A DNA stretch of 64,000 nt from a virus (lineage: Duplodnaviria > Caudoviricetes): IMG/VR virus record IMGVR_UViG_3300028549_001530, positions 24,566 to 88,565 of that record; one strand, given 5' to 3'. Of the stretch, positions 28,916-39,460 are shown piece by piece. Both the position numbers and the translations under genes were made by a program. Within the stretch, counting starts at the first letter, position 1; each line of letters opens with the position of its first letter. The notes below the pieces were generated by a model. The model worked only from the letters and a program-made list of their open reading frames with translations. It did not search any database and was not told the DNA's origin.

Positions 28916-30148
28916 ATGGAACAGTCTCCTAAAAAGCCCTTTGTTAAGGGTTACAAATACCGCATCTACCCAACAGACGAACAAAAGCACTTCTTAGCTA
29001 AAACCTTCGGTGCTTGTCGCTTCCTCTATAACAAAGTCCTGGCAGACACCCAAAGGGAACATCAAGCCTACGTTTTTGCCAAAGAAAATGGCACACTCAC
29101 TGATACCATCAAAGAGCCTAACCTCTCTTCTAACGCCCTAGCCTACAGAGTATCCACACACCGTAATAACCCAGAGACTGCTTGGCTACAAGAGACATCC
29201 TCTGTGGCCTTGCAGCAAGCTCTTATACACTTAGGAGGTGCTTATGAGCGCTACTTCAAGTCACTCAAGAGTGTGCGTAAAGGCCGCTTCTCTAAGCCAA
29301 CCTTCAAGAAGAAAGTAGAGCGCCAGTCGTTCAACCTGATGGGAAATGGCTTTCGCCTTAAAGACCACCAACTCTATATCGCTAAGCTAGACACTCCCCT
29401 TAAAGTCATTTGGTCCAGAGAGTTGCCAAGCTACCCCACTTCTCTGGCTATCTCCAAGACACCCTCAGGGGAGTACTACGTCTCCTTCACCTGTGAGTAC
29501 ACTCCTCAAAAGACTGCCGGTGAGACCAACGTAGGCATCGACCTAGGCATCAAAACCTATGCAACTCTCTCTACAGGTGACAAACTAGAGAACCCACGGT
29601 GGCTTCAAAACCACCTTAAATCCCTTAAGCGTCACCAGCAATCCCTCTCAAGGAAAACCAAAGGAAGTAAGAACCGCACTAAATCTAGAATCAAAGTAGC
29701 CAAGCTACACCAAAAGGTCACCAACGCCCGTCATGACTGGCAACACAAGGCAACTCGTACACTGGTTAACAATAGCCACGTAATCGGTGTAGAAGCCCTA
29801 GCTGTCGCCAACATGATACGTAACCGCAAGCTCAGTAAAGCTATACAAGACGCAGCCTGGTCTTCGTTCTTTCAGAAGCTTCAGTACAAGGTGGTGGAAT
29901 CCCAACATGCTACCCTCATCTATATGAGCACCTTCTACCCAAGCAGCCATATCTGTTCACTAACAGGTAAGCAGCTTGAGAGGAAGCTCTTACTAGACGA
30001 GCGCACTTGGGACTGTCCGTTCTGTGGCAACACACACGACAGAGACCTTAACGCAGCAGCTAACATCGAGAATAAGGCTATGGAGCTCTATGCTACACTG
30101 CCCGTCTCGAAGTCACACCACGGTGAAGTAGCCGTCGTAGCTGGCTAA
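28916..30148 (+). CDS. tnpB: TnpB RNA-guided endonuclease
   Basis: GYKYRIYPT HTH; GIDLG; VEAL; DRDLNAA. The first Zn-finger pair is degenerate (CSLT), the second is CPFC. Confidence 0.95.
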   Translation: MEQSPKKPFVKGYKYRIYPTDEQKHFLAKTFGACRFLYNKVLADTQREHQAYVFAKENGTLTDTIKEPNLSSNALAYRVSTHRNNPETAWLQETSSVALQQALIHLGGAYERYFKSLKSVRKGRFSKPTFKKKVERQSFNLMGNGFRLKDHQLYIAKLDTPLKVIWSRELPSYPTSLAISKTPSGEYYVSFTCEYTPQKTAGETNVGIDLGIKTYATLSTGDKLENPRWLQNHLKSLKRHQQSLSRKTKGSKNRTKSRIKVAKLHQKVTNARHDWQHKATRTLVNNSHVIGVEALAVANMIRNRKLSKAIQDAAWSSFFQKLQYKVVESQHATLIYMSTFYPSSHICSLTGKQLERKLLLDERTWDCPFCGNTHDRDLNAAANIENKAMELYATLPVSKSHHGEVAVVAG

Positions 30149-30299
30149 TCTAACAACACCTGAGAGGGCACTCAGGTTCAGACCATGGAGAGTTCTTCAC
30201 CTCTACTATCAGGCAACTGGTAGCATGTACCTCTTTGAAGTGGTAACCCCTAATGGTAACCTTAGGAATCCCCGGCCTTCAGGCCGGGGAGGATGTCAA
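30149..30299 (+). ncRNA. TnpB omegaRNA/reRNA scaffold (guide from about 30300 onward)
   Basis: Structured 150-nt region between the tnpB stop and the right end. TnpB guides are established to derive from the DNA flanking the right end. Confidence 0.65.
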
Positions 30300-30300
30300 G

Positions 30301-31935
30301 TTACTCAGTCATATAGGCTAAAACAGCATCTAATGTATCAATACTGGCACTGAAAAAGAACTTGTTTTCAGCTGATATGTAGTATTCCTTCTTCTTTAGC
30401 TGTTGATTTACCTCGGCTATTGAATCATCCGTAAGCAGCGCTATAACGGAGATGGTGTCACCATCAACGTCAGAACCAAGACCACCATAATGACTTGTAT
30501 GGACTGCAGTTGTATTGAAGAAATCAGAGTCTCTAATAGGGAATGAGTAAGCTAAACTGCCAGTAGGAGTCCAGTCACTTCCAAGCTCCTCTAAAGACTC
30601 ATACTTGTTAGTTGTTTTAAGCTTCATCATACTTGGGTAAATACTACCATATCCAGTAATAGGGTATCGAGTAATAAGTCCAGGAATCTTACCACTTAAA
30701 TGATAGATAGAAATATACAAGAACTCTGCCATTGTGATAGGAGAAACACGCTCTTTACTATAACCTTCTGGCAACTCATCGATATCTTGCATAAACCTAA
30801 AGTACTTCTCATCCTTATAGATCAAACCAAGGTAGTGTTTACCTTTATTAAGAACAATAGGGGTATGGCGAATATCGAGGTTACCAAAGTTTGCTAATAC
30901 CTTCTCCAAGCCATCAGAACTCGTCCAGAGGTCATAATCTTTCTGGATGTGTGTATTGAGTACCTCTTCCTTCTTTAACGTCTTAGCGTTCGTTAAAATA
31001 GCAAAGGTGGTATTCTCAATAAAAATGTCTTTGATGTACCTACTCTTAATCTCGTACAAAGACTTAGGAACAATAGCTCTTAAGAATTGGTGCAGTCCAA
31101 CATAGCACTCATTGTACCCAAGTCTATTAGGATCGTTGATGTTATTGACTTTCTCAATACTGCCTGAGAGAACATTACGAGTAGAATTGAAGACTTTACG
31201 AGAAAGCCACTTACTAAGAATAAGTTTATGCTTGCCTTCTAGTAGAGACTTAATATACTCAAATAAGTCTAAAGTTATGTTTTGTAGACCTTTACGGATA
31301 TTGTCATACACTTCTGGTGTTTTACGAGCGAGTTGTTTATCAATTAGAGAGGTTTGAAAGAGAAGTTTTCTATAGAAGGTGTTAACTTCATCTTCTTGGG
31401 GTTTGCCTGAAGCATCAATAGTATAGTCTCTGATACCTGCTGGAAGAACTAGCATATACTTTAAGATGTACTTATTTTCTTTGATGGCTTTTTTGTAAAG
31501 CTGAATAAGGAAAGATCTCTGTTCAGACTGTGTTTCTTCAAAGACGAGTTCATGTGCATGTTTAAAGAAGAAAGAGTAACCAGTATCGGCACCTTCTTCA
31601 TTAGACTTAATGAAAGCCTTTGTTTTATCATCCCATAGTGCTAGAGTGGTGCCTTGTGCTATATCTTTGTAGAAAGACTTTAAACTAACAATAGTATCAT
31701 AAATAAGAGGGTGGATTAACTCTACTTTTAAGTCTATATAAGCAAAAGCAGTCCCACGGTATGAGGTACCTACGGTACCCCAAATACGGTTAGAAAATAG
31801 TCCATCTGGCGCAAAGTTACCAGACTGATCAAAGATCTGAACGTCTGAGACTTGTTGAAGTTTTTGAATACTGTTATCATCTACATAAAGTAATTCTATA
31901 TTGACAGGCAGTTTTTGTAATGTGGTTAAGTCCAA
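30301..31935 (-). CDS. Virion RNA polymerase beta-prime N/catalytic subunit (phiKZ gp180-like)
   Basis: DGLFS..IWG, VLPAGIRD, L.GK...RKVFNSTRNV, RYPI, GSDVDGD metal-binding motif. TTG start after AAGGAG. Confidence 0.85.
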   Translation of the reverse strand: MDLTTLQKLPVNIELLYVDDNSIQKLQQVSDVQIFDQSGNFAPDGLFSNRIWGTVGTSYRGTAFAYIDLKVELIHPLIYDTIVSLKSFYKDIAQGTTLALWDDKTKAFIKSNEEGADTGYSFFFKHAHELVFEETQSEQRSFLIQLYKKAIKENKYILKYMLVLPAGIRDYTIDASGKPQEDEVNTFYRKLLFQTSLIDKQLARKTPEVYDNIRKGLQNITLDLFEYIKSLLEGKHKLILSKWLSRKVFNSTRNVLSGSIEKVNNINDPNRLGYNECYVGLHQFLRAIVPKSLYEIKSRYIKDIFIENTTFAILTNAKTLKKEEVLNTHIQKDYDLWTSSDGLEKVLANFGNLDIRHTPIVLNKGKHYLGLIYKDEKYFRFMQDIDELPEGYSKERVSPITMAEFLYISIYHLSGKIPGLITRYPITGYGSIYPSMMKLKTTNKYESLEELGSDWTPTGSLAYSFPIRDSDFFNTTAVHTSHYGGLGSDVDGDTISVIALLTDDSIAEVNQQLKKKEYYISAENKFFFSASIDTLDAVLAYMTE

Positions 31936-32038
31936 GGGATTCTCCTTTAAAGGTATTCACACCATTTTAAGAAGTGTGAAAAAGAAAAAGATTTGTTGGA
32001 GACATGCTGTGAGTGTGTATTTCCTTAAGGAGTTTAAT

Positions 32039-35000
32039 ATGGTCGATAAGAAAAAAACTAAGAGCAGCAAAGTCGGAGATGATATGGATTTTGGTGATCT
32101 AGAGGACATGGGTCTAGATGAAGATATGGAGTTTGGTGATGAAGCTGGATTAGATAGTGGAGGTAGAAAACCATCGGCAACAGACGTAGCTAAGGATTTA
32201 AGTAAAGAAGCTAGTAAGGGTTTCTTTGATTCTGTTTTAAAGGAAACTGCTAAAAAGTCCCTTCCTGAGGCATATATTTCCAACTATTCAGAGCTTTCTG
32301 ACTATGCTGATTTTACTAAAGAGACTTTTGATAGAAGTAAAAATAAATTAAATAAGAGTCTATATAGAGCTGGTAAAGAAGTTAAGAAAATACTTCCATT
32401 TCACTTTAAAGCTTTAGATAGTTATTTAGAAAAGTATGAATCTGACTTTGAGACGTTTAAACAACAGACTCAAGAGCAGATGCAAGATGCTAGTACTAGT
32501 AGTGCTATCAGTAGTATCTTTGATAAACAACTAGAAGTACAAAAAGCTCTAGTAGCTAAGAGTGACTCTGAAGACAATGTTCGTCATAAAGAGACAATAG
32601 CAATTAATAAAGTTAATTTAGATACTTTAACGAGTATAGATAACAACGTTGCTAATCAGACTGCTTTTACTTTACAAATTAGTAAAGAGTACTTTAAGAA
32701 ATCTTTGGAATTACAGTTTAAGAGCTACTATATCCAGGCTGATCAATTAAAGACAATGAGAGACTATTATAAGGGTTTCTCTATTCAATTTGATAGTATT
32801 GCTAAGAATACGAGTCTTCCTGAATTTGTTAAATTAAAGAACACAGAGAGATTGCAAGAAATTATGCGTACTCAGATGGTTGAGAGTACATATAAGACAA
32901 TGTTTAGTAACTCTAAGTATATTGAAGGTGTGAAGAAGAAAGTGGGTCAGTTAGTTGACGAGAAGATTGGTAGTATAACTGATATTATTGACAATGTGAC
33001 TGGTCAATTGGAGATGATGAACTCTGCTGGTGAAATGGGTGGTGGTGGAGGTAGTATACTTGCTAGCGCTTTGAGTGGTATGTTAGGAAGCACTTTAGGT
33101 GAGAAAGTTGCTGGTAAAATCTCACCTAAGATTATGGATAAAATAAAGGATAATAAGACCATTAATGCTGGTGGTAACTTTTTATCTACATTAAGTACAT
33201 CACCTAGTACTTTATTTGGAGATTTAAGAGACAGAGCTGCTAAGAAGACTGAGGAGATGGAAGGTAAAGACACACCTACTGGATGGCTTGGTAGTAAACT
33301 CTTTGGTGGGTTGACACAGATCTTAGGAGCTACTACTCCTGATAAAATAAATACTGAAGTTAAAGGACAGAGTATATTAACTCATGGTCAACCTGCTATC
33401 TTTGACAATAAGGTGCATAGAAGTATCACTGAGATTATTCCGATGTACCTCTCTAAGATTCTAAAAGAAAATAGTGATGTTAATAAGTTACAGCAACTTA
33501 TCTTTAATGACTCTAGAAGAAACTTAGAAAAAATTGATGATCGAGCTAAAAAATATGAAAGAAGAAAAAATGGTAAGACCACAATAGTAGAAGAGAAGAA
33601 ATCAGAGTTACCTCAGTTTAATGCTAGTGAAGAAATGCATTATGATTATGAAAATAGAACTTTTGTTAATAAAGCTGACTTAATAACAAATGTACAAAAG
33701 TCTGTATTTAAAGGTCGTGGTAGAGATACTAAAGCTAAAAGAGTAGGCTCCACTATTTTAAGTAGAAGTTCAAATGAGCTTGATAAAGTTGATAAAAGTC
33801 AAATGAGTAAAGATGAAAAAGCAAAAGCTAATATAGAGATAAAACTTCTTAAAAATAAAGAGACTCAAGCTTTACTAGAAGATTACTTAAGTAAAGCTAG
33901 TGATCAATCAGATATTAATTTTGATTATACCACACTAATTGAAAATCATGAAAAAGCAACTGGAAGTTTAAAAGAAATTTTAGATAGAAGTCCGGAGTTA
34001 GTTCATATTCTTGGTCTTATTAAAAAGTCAAAAGTAGATAAAGTAGATAAAACATTAGATTCATCAATGAAAGACGTTAAAGAAGATTATCCTATTACTG
34101 CAGTTAAAGAATTATTTAAAGCAGTTTCTATGATAGCTGGTAGAAAAATCTATAATTCTATTAAGGACTCAAATGCTTTAATAGTTGCAAAAGCTTTGAC
34201 AGTATATATAACACAAGGTTGTAATAATAGTGGTGGTGAAGATATACTCCCTACCACATTAGGTAACGGTAAGTGTTTTTGTCGCCTTACTAAAGAAGAT
34301 GTATTAAAGGTACAAGATAATATTAAAGTACTTATTTCTGACGTTAAATTAATTAATGATAGTGGTGATCTACTATTACAATCATCTTTATTAGGTTACA
34401 TTACTTTAGTTAATAAAAGTTTAAAAGATAATATTAATATTGACCCAAGTGTGTTTCAAACTTTACATGAATATAATCCAATGTTTGTAAAAAAGGGACA
34501 ACTAAGTACTGAGAACTTTGTAGAAGGAATACTTGGTAATTTTAAAGATCCAGACTATATAGACTCAGACGACTTAAGATCTTTAACTAGAACTAAGAAG
34601 AATGAAAATGATCAAATTAGAAATAGAATAACACAAGATACCATCCCCAGTGGGATGGATAATTTCTTTAATGGTGTTAAAAAACGTCAAGATAAATTTA
34701 AAGCTGATTTAGCTGCTGCCGGAACTAACCCTAAAGCTTTATTTGGTGTGCTAACTAACACACTTAAAGAAGCTAAAGATGGCATAGAATCTGTAGCAAA
34801 ATCAGCTTACACTAAGAGCACACAAAAACTATCTGAACTATCAAAGCTTGTAGATGACATCACACAAAAAGGTGCTAACAAAGCTCTTCCTGTAGTCATA
34901 GGTAAACTCAGTGACATTTCTAGAGATCTTAAAGCTAGAATAGACGGTGAGAATGAATCCAGAAGAAAACTCATCGATGCAGTCACTACGACACATGCTG

Positions 35001-35281
35001 CTGCAGCAGAGTCTTTAGATATAAGTAATTTAGATGGTAAGACTGAGAAAGAAATCAAAATGATTAATAGGGTAGCTGACGCCAAGATAATGGTGTTAAA
35101 GACTTTATTAAAAGACATAGATATAACACAAGTCAAACTTAATGGTTATGCTCCAGATGGAAATGTAACTATAGATACCACTGAGCTATTTTTAACTCTT
35201 AAAGGAAGTGTTAGCACTCTGGTTAAGAGAAGTAAAGACGCTTTAGAGAAATATTCTCAAGACACGATGGATGTAACTTAA
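32039..35281 (+). CDS. Tape-measure-like virion protein, N-terminal part (phiKZ gp181-like)
   Basis: Acidic DMDF N-terminus, SLELQFKSY, SLPEFVK and SITEIIP.YLSKI resemble the N-terminal half of phiKZ-like TMPs. ATG at 32039 after AAGGAG; lies next to the gp180-like gene. Confidence 0.6.
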   Translation: MVDKKKTKSSKVGDDMDFGDLEDMGLDEDMEFGDEAGLDSGGRKPSATDVAKDLSKEASKGFFDSVLKETAKKSLPEAYISNYSELSDYADFTKETFDRSKNKLNKSLYRAGKEVKKILPFHFKALDSYLEKYESDFETFKQQTQEQMQDASTSSAISSIFDKQLEVQKALVAKSDSEDNVRHKETIAINKVNLDTLTSIDNNVANQTAFTLQISKEYFKKSLELQFKSYYIQADQLKTMRDYYKGFSIQFDSIAKNTSLPEFVKLKNTERLQEIMRTQMVESTYKTMFSNSKYIEGVKKKVGQLVDEKIGSITDIIDNVTGQLEMMNSAGEMGGGGGSILASALSGMLGSTLGEKVAGKISPKIMDKIKDNKTINAGGNFLSTLSTSPSTLFGDLRDRAAKKTEEMEGKDTPTGWLGSKLFGGLTQILGATTPDKINTEVKGQSILTHGQPAIFDNKVHRSITEIIPMYLSKILKENSDVNKLQQLIFNDSRRNLEKIDDRAKKYERRKNGKTTIVEEKKSELPQFNASEEMHYDYENRTFVNKADLITNVQKSVFKGRGRDTKAKRVGSTILSRSSNELDKVDKSQMSKDEKAKANIEIKLLKNKETQALLEDYLSKASDQSDINFDYTTLIENHEKATGSLKEILDRSPELVHILGLIKKSKVDKVDKTLDSSMKDVKEDYPITAVKELFKAVSMIAGRKIYNSIKDSNALIVAKALTVYITQGCNNSGGEDILPTTLGNGKCFCRLTKEDVLKVQDNIKVLISDVKLINDSGDLLLQSSLLGYITLVNKSLKDNINIDPSVFQTLHEYNPMFVKKGQLSTENFVEGILGNFKDPDYIDSDDLRSLTRTKKNENDQIRNRITQDTIPSGMDNFFNGVKKRQDKFKADLAAAGTNPKALFGVLTNTLKEAKDGIESVAKSAYTKSTQKLSELSKLVDDITQKGANKALPVVIGKLSDISRDLKARIDGENESRRKLIDAVTTTHAAAAESLDISNLDGKTEKEIKMINRVADAKIMVLKTLLKDIDITQVKLNGYAPDGNVTIDTTELFLTLKGSVSTLVKRSKDALEKYSQDTMDVT

Positions 35282-35290
35282 ACTAAAAAC

Positions 35291-35321
35291 CCCTAGGCAT
35301 CCATGTTTTGGATGCCTAGGG
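35291..35321 (+). terminator. Hairpin between the two TMP-like genes
   Basis: ccctaggcatcca / tggatgcctaggg. Confidence 0.6.
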
Positions 35322-35343
35322 TTTAACTTAAAAGGAGTTTAAT

Positions 35344-38300
35344 ATGGGAATTTTTGACAATGCTCTTAGTAAAAGTAGAGAGTTGATAGGTGAATTTAAA
35401 GATCAGACAAACGCTTTCATTAACAAAAATAAAGACGAAGAAGCTATTGTATTTATCAAGTCTACTATATCGACTTTTGAGACAATGTTAAAAGCTATTG
35501 ATACTTTTCTAAAGAAGAAAAATGTAGATGTAGGTAAAGCAGTTGAAACTGGTAAAGATGTTATTCATAAAGCAAGTAACGTAGCTAAGAATGTTGCTAA
35601 AGAAGCAGCTAATAGTAGTTTAGGTCAGAAACTTAAAAGTAAAGGTGAGGAAGCTTATTCTAAAGTTAAATCACTTTTTGCGAAAAGTGATAATAAGGAT
35701 ACAGCGCCACCTGATAGCAAACCAAGTTTTATTCAAAGAGCTATAACTGAAGGTAATAGAATACTTTCAGAAAATAAGCTTGATAGGTTTCGTAGTGATA
35801 ATAAAGAAGAATCACCAATTAAACCAAAAGGAATATTTGCTACTCTTAAAGAAAAAGTTAAAGCAAGAGCAGCTAAAAAAGACACAGAGGTAGCTGAAGA
35901 AAAGAAAGCCGTTAAGGATGTAGTAGAAAAGAAAGAAGTTAATAAACCTAAGGGTGGTTTATTAGGTGGATTACTGTCAGGAGGTGTTGGCTTATTAGGA
36001 AAAGCTGCATCAGGTATACTTACTAAAGTTGTACCAACAGTAGCGTCCGGTATAGCGAAAGGCACCACAACAGCAGTAGGTGGGTTAGCTAAAGGTGCAG
36101 CTAAAACAGCTATAGAGACAGTTAAACCAAATAGTAAAAAACAAAGAAAAGCTGACAGAAAACTAAAAGTTAAAAAAGCTACTTTTGATAAAGCTAAAGA
36201 AAGAGATGATAAAAACGACAAAGAAGTAGCTGAGGAAAAGAAAGCAGTATTAGAACAAGCTGAAAAAGACAAAGCAAAAAAAGACGAAAATGCAAAAGGT
36301 GGATGGTTAAGTAAGATACTAGGAGCAGTTACATCTTTAGGTGGAATGCTTATGGGTGGCTTAGGAACTCTTGGTAAATTTGCTGTAGGTGGAATAGGTA
36401 AAGTTATTAAATTTGGAGCTGGTTTCCTATTTAAAGGGTTGACTAAAACTTTATTTTCAATTGTACCAAAGTTATCTGGTGGTATAGCTAAATCACTACA
36501 AGGTTTAGTTGGTAATGTCCTTAAAGGTGGGTGGGGGTTAGCTAAGACTGGTTTAAAAGCTGGTTTAAGGGCTGCTCTACCTTTTGCTGGTAAAGCTTTA
36601 GCTATGGCTGGTAAAGGTCTTGTCACAGCAGCAACAGCGATAGGACCAGTTGGTTGGGTTGTTCTTGGTGTAGGTGCAGCACTTTTTGGAGGTTATTTAT
36701 TATATAAATACCTTAGTAAAAATGATGTAGCTGATGATTTTGCTGGTAAACTCACAAGACTACGTTTATTGATGTATGGTTTTAATGATACAAATAAAGA
36801 ATATTACTCTAAGATCTTTGATGTAGAAATGCTACTTAAGGATTTCATTGAATACAAAGAAGGTAAACTTCTTATGAAACCTTTTGACAAAGAGTTTAAA
36901 GAAAAGATACTAGAGATCTTTAAAGTAGAGGCTTCAGAAAAAGAAAAGTTCGCTATATTACAGACTTGGTTTATTAAGAGAATGATACCTGCTTATAGAG
37001 CTTTTATGACAGCTTTTAAAGGTATCAATCCAGCTTTATACTTAGATGACTTAGATAAACTCAAAGATGGTGATATACCTATACTGTTATCTAAATTGAA
37101 TATACCATTATCAATCTATGATATTAAACAAGCACCTACATTTGATACAACTAATACCAACATTGTAGTCAATAAACAAGAAATTGATAATTATATCTCT
37201 AACATACTAACATCAGCTAAGTCTAAAGAACCTAAAGTTAAACCTGTAACACAAGTTCAAACTAAACCTATAACCACACCTACCCCAATGGTAGTTAAAT
37301 CACCAGAAAAAACTTATTCATCAGCCAGAGGTTCTGCTAATGTTGATAAACAATTAAATCAACCACAAGTTCAGACTAAAGACACAATAGCGCCTTCACA
37401 CGCTGAAGGTGAAGAAAAACCAAAAGAAGAACCAACTAAATCAGATACAGTACAAACAAAAGTATCTGGTAAACTTAATGTTGCTACTGGTAAATTATCA
37501 CCTGGCACAACGAGTATGGTTGGTATAACTAGAATAAATAAAGAAAAGATAATTAGCCTTGATCCTAATGTTAAAGAACTTTTCACAGGTATGGCTAAAG
37601 AGTACAATACGTTAACAGGTAAATCTATACCTGTTAGTGAAGCATTTAGATCATATAAAGACCAAGAAGCTTTATATAAATCAAAACCTAAAGGCCAAGC
37701 AGCTAAACCAGGGAACTCAACTCACGAGTATGGTTTAGCCCTTGATATAGATACACCATATGCTAACGAATTAGACAAACTAGGTCTACTTAGAAAATAT
37801 GGTTTTACTAGACCTGTTCAAGGTGAAACATGGCATTTAGAACCAATAGGTGTTTCTTTAAATCCAGGTCTTGCTAAGAAGGATCCTAATTTTAGAAATA
37901 CAGCAGTTGTGTCATCTATAGGTAGAGGTGGTGGTGGGTTTGGTGCTAAACCAAGTCAGATAAAAGGCCATCGTGATATAGGTTATCAGAATGCTATATT
38001 TAATCAAAAGTCTGATACCCCTGTTGATGTACAAAAAGCTTTAGCTGCAATTAAAGATACTTCTCTACCAACACCTAGTACTCCTGTTAAAATAACTGAT
38101 AAAGTTGATAAACCAGAACAGACTACAACCACAGATAATAATAAGAGTAAAGTTGATGTAATAGAGAGTGTTGATCCTAAAGAGCAAGCTTTGGTTAAAC
38201 CAACAAAAACTCCTATAGTTAAACCTGAAGTTAATACTAATATAGAAACAACACCTCCTGTTGTCACAGCTAATACAAATACTGACGTCGGTAAAGTAGC

Positions 38301-39414
38301 TGACTTAAAACCTGAACAAGCGATTGAGCAAGCAGCTAAACTAACAGGTGTAGATAAAGATACATTAATGGCTTTTGCTAAAATAGAATCTGGTCTAAAT
38401 CCATCAGCTAAACCTAGCACTAGTAGGGCAGCAGGATTATTTCAAATTGTACCAAATACATGGAAAGGATTAATGTCTAAATATGGTGCTATGTATAACA
38501 TACCGTCAGACGCTAAACCAGAAAATAGTTATTATAATGCAATTTTAGCAGCAGAATATGCTAAAGAAAATTTATCAAAACTTGGTAACTATAAAGAAGC
38601 TAAACTTGAAGAGTCTACAGCTATGTATTTAGCGCATCATTTTGGTGTTAGTGGTGCTAATAATATAATTAATCAGATTTTATCAGATCCAAATAAACCT
38701 ATGGAACAAACGGTTTCTCCTAGTTCATTTAAAGCAAATAGACAAGAGCTTACAGGTCAAACAGCAGGATCTTATGCTAAAATGGTAGCTTTAAAAATAA
38801 ATAAAGCTGGTAATACTAAATATCCATCTCAAGTATCTAAACCATCAGAGCAAACCTCAGTGTCTTCTATTAAAAATGATTCTGATACTAACTCTTTAAC
38901 ACAAGATACATCATATAACAATAAACCTATTAAAACAGATACTCCATCAGTAACTGATAACACTTTTGACCAGAAAACGTATTTAAAGCCCTCAGGTGAC
39001 GTTTTAAATAAATTTAGTACAGATGCTACTCCACAGATAAATGATCGCGTTAGAAGGCCTTTAAATGCGTTTAATGACACCATAACAAAAACACTAGAAG
39101 AAATTAAGAAACCAAATCCTTCTATTAATTCAACATCATATAGTTCAATGACTAATAAAGTTGACAAAGCAGCATCACCTGTACAATCCACACCAGAGTT
39201 TAGTACAGGTAAAATGGAAGATATATTAACTGATCAATTAACTAACCTTACACAAATCGTATCTATTCTTACCAGTATAGATGGTAAGATTAATCTAGAT
39301 AAACTTAAAGAAGCTATACCTTCACAATCTAACCAATTTGCTAAACCAGACTTAGTCAATATGGGACAATCTAAAAGTGCAGTTAATTTAACTAGAAGAT
39401 CACTTACAGCTTAA
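35344..39414 (+). CDS. Tail-associated lysin/TMP C-terminal part with M15 peptidase and lytic transglycosylase domains
   Basis: Gly/Leu/Ala TMP-like repeats; AFRSY.DQ..AKPGNSTHEYGLALDI..ETWHLE (M15); KIESG..A.GLFQ...YLAHHFG (SLT). Confidence 0.85.
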   Translation: MGIFDNALSKSRELIGEFKDQTNAFINKNKDEEAIVFIKSTISTFETMLKAIDTFLKKKNVDVGKAVETGKDVIHKASNVAKNVAKEAANSSLGQKLKSKGEEAYSKVKSLFAKSDNKDTAPPDSKPSFIQRAITEGNRILSENKLDRFRSDNKEESPIKPKGIFATLKEKVKARAAKKDTEVAEEKKAVKDVVEKKEVNKPKGGLLGGLLSGGVGLLGKAASGILTKVVPTVASGIAKGTTTAVGGLAKGAAKTAIETVKPNSKKQRKADRKLKVKKATFDKAKERDDKNDKEVAEEKKAVLEQAEKDKAKKDENAKGGWLSKILGAVTSLGGMLMGGLGTLGKFAVGGIGKVIKFGAGFLFKGLTKTLFSIVPKLSGGIAKSLQGLVGNVLKGGWGLAKTGLKAGLRAALPFAGKALAMAGKGLVTAATAIGPVGWVVLGVGAALFGGYLLYKYLSKNDVADDFAGKLTRLRLLMYGFNDTNKEYYSKIFDVEMLLKDFIEYKEGKLLMKPFDKEFKEKILEIFKVEASEKEKFAILQTWFIKRMIPAYRAFMTAFKGINPALYLDDLDKLKDGDIPILLSKLNIPLSIYDIKQAPTFDTTNTNIVVNKQEIDNYISNILTSAKSKEPKVKPVTQVQTKPITTPTPMVVKSPEKTYSSARGSANVDKQLNQPQVQTKDTIAPSHAEGEEKPKEEPTKSDTVQTKVSGKLNVATGKLSPGTTSMVGITRINKEKIISLDPNVKELFTGMAKEYNTLTGKSIPVSEAFRSYKDQEALYKSKPKGQAAKPGNSTHEYGLALDIDTPYANELDKLGLLRKYGFTRPVQGETWHLEPIGVSLNPGLAKKDPNFRNTAVVSSIGRGGGGFGAKPSQIKGHRDIGYQNAIFNQKSDTPVDVQKALAAIKDTSLPTPSTPVKITDKVDKPEQTTTTDNNKSKVDVIESVDPKEQALVKPTKTPIVKPEVNTNIETTPPVVTANTNTDVGKVADLKPEQAIEQAAKLTGVDKDTLMAFAKIESGLNPSAKPSTSRAAGLFQIVPNTWKGLMSKYGAMYNIPSDAKPENSYYNAILAAEYAKENLSKLGNYKEAKLEESTAMYLAHHFGVSGANNIINQILSDPNKPMEQTVSPSSFKANRQELTGQTAGSYAKMVALKINKAGNTKYPSQVSKPSEQTSVSSIKNDSDTNSLTQDTSYNNKPIKTDTPSVTDNTFDQKTYLKPSGDVLNKFSTDATPQINDRVRRPLNAFNDTITKTLEEIKKPNPSINSTSYSSMTNKVDKAASPVQSTPEFSTGKMEDILTDQLTNLTQIVSILTSIDGKINLDKLKEAIPSQSNQFAKPDLVNMGQSKSAVNLTRRSLTA

Positions 39415-39460
39415 AATATACCCCTCTAGAGCTAAACACTCTAGAGGGGTATATATTCTA

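Larger units (their letters stand above)
28800..30299 (+). mobile_element. IS200/IS605 (IS1341-type, tnpB only) element
   Basis: Preceded by TTAG. Left-end hairpin cccggcct..aggccggg; right-end hairpin ccccggccttcaggccgggg followed by aggatgtcaa; no tnpA. Confidence 0.85.

Noticed and set aside
28800-30299. Autonomous IS605 with tnpA
   Set aside because: No HUH/Y1 transposase ORF beside either tnpB or anywhere in the window.
31901-32038. N-terminal extension of the 1126-aa ORF
   Set aside because: It overlaps the divergent RNAP start; a strong RBS supports the ATG at 32039.
35733-39191. Minus-strand ORFs (297, 78, 138, 120 aa)
   Set aside because: They are antisense shadows of the lysin/TMP gene caused by its biased codon use.
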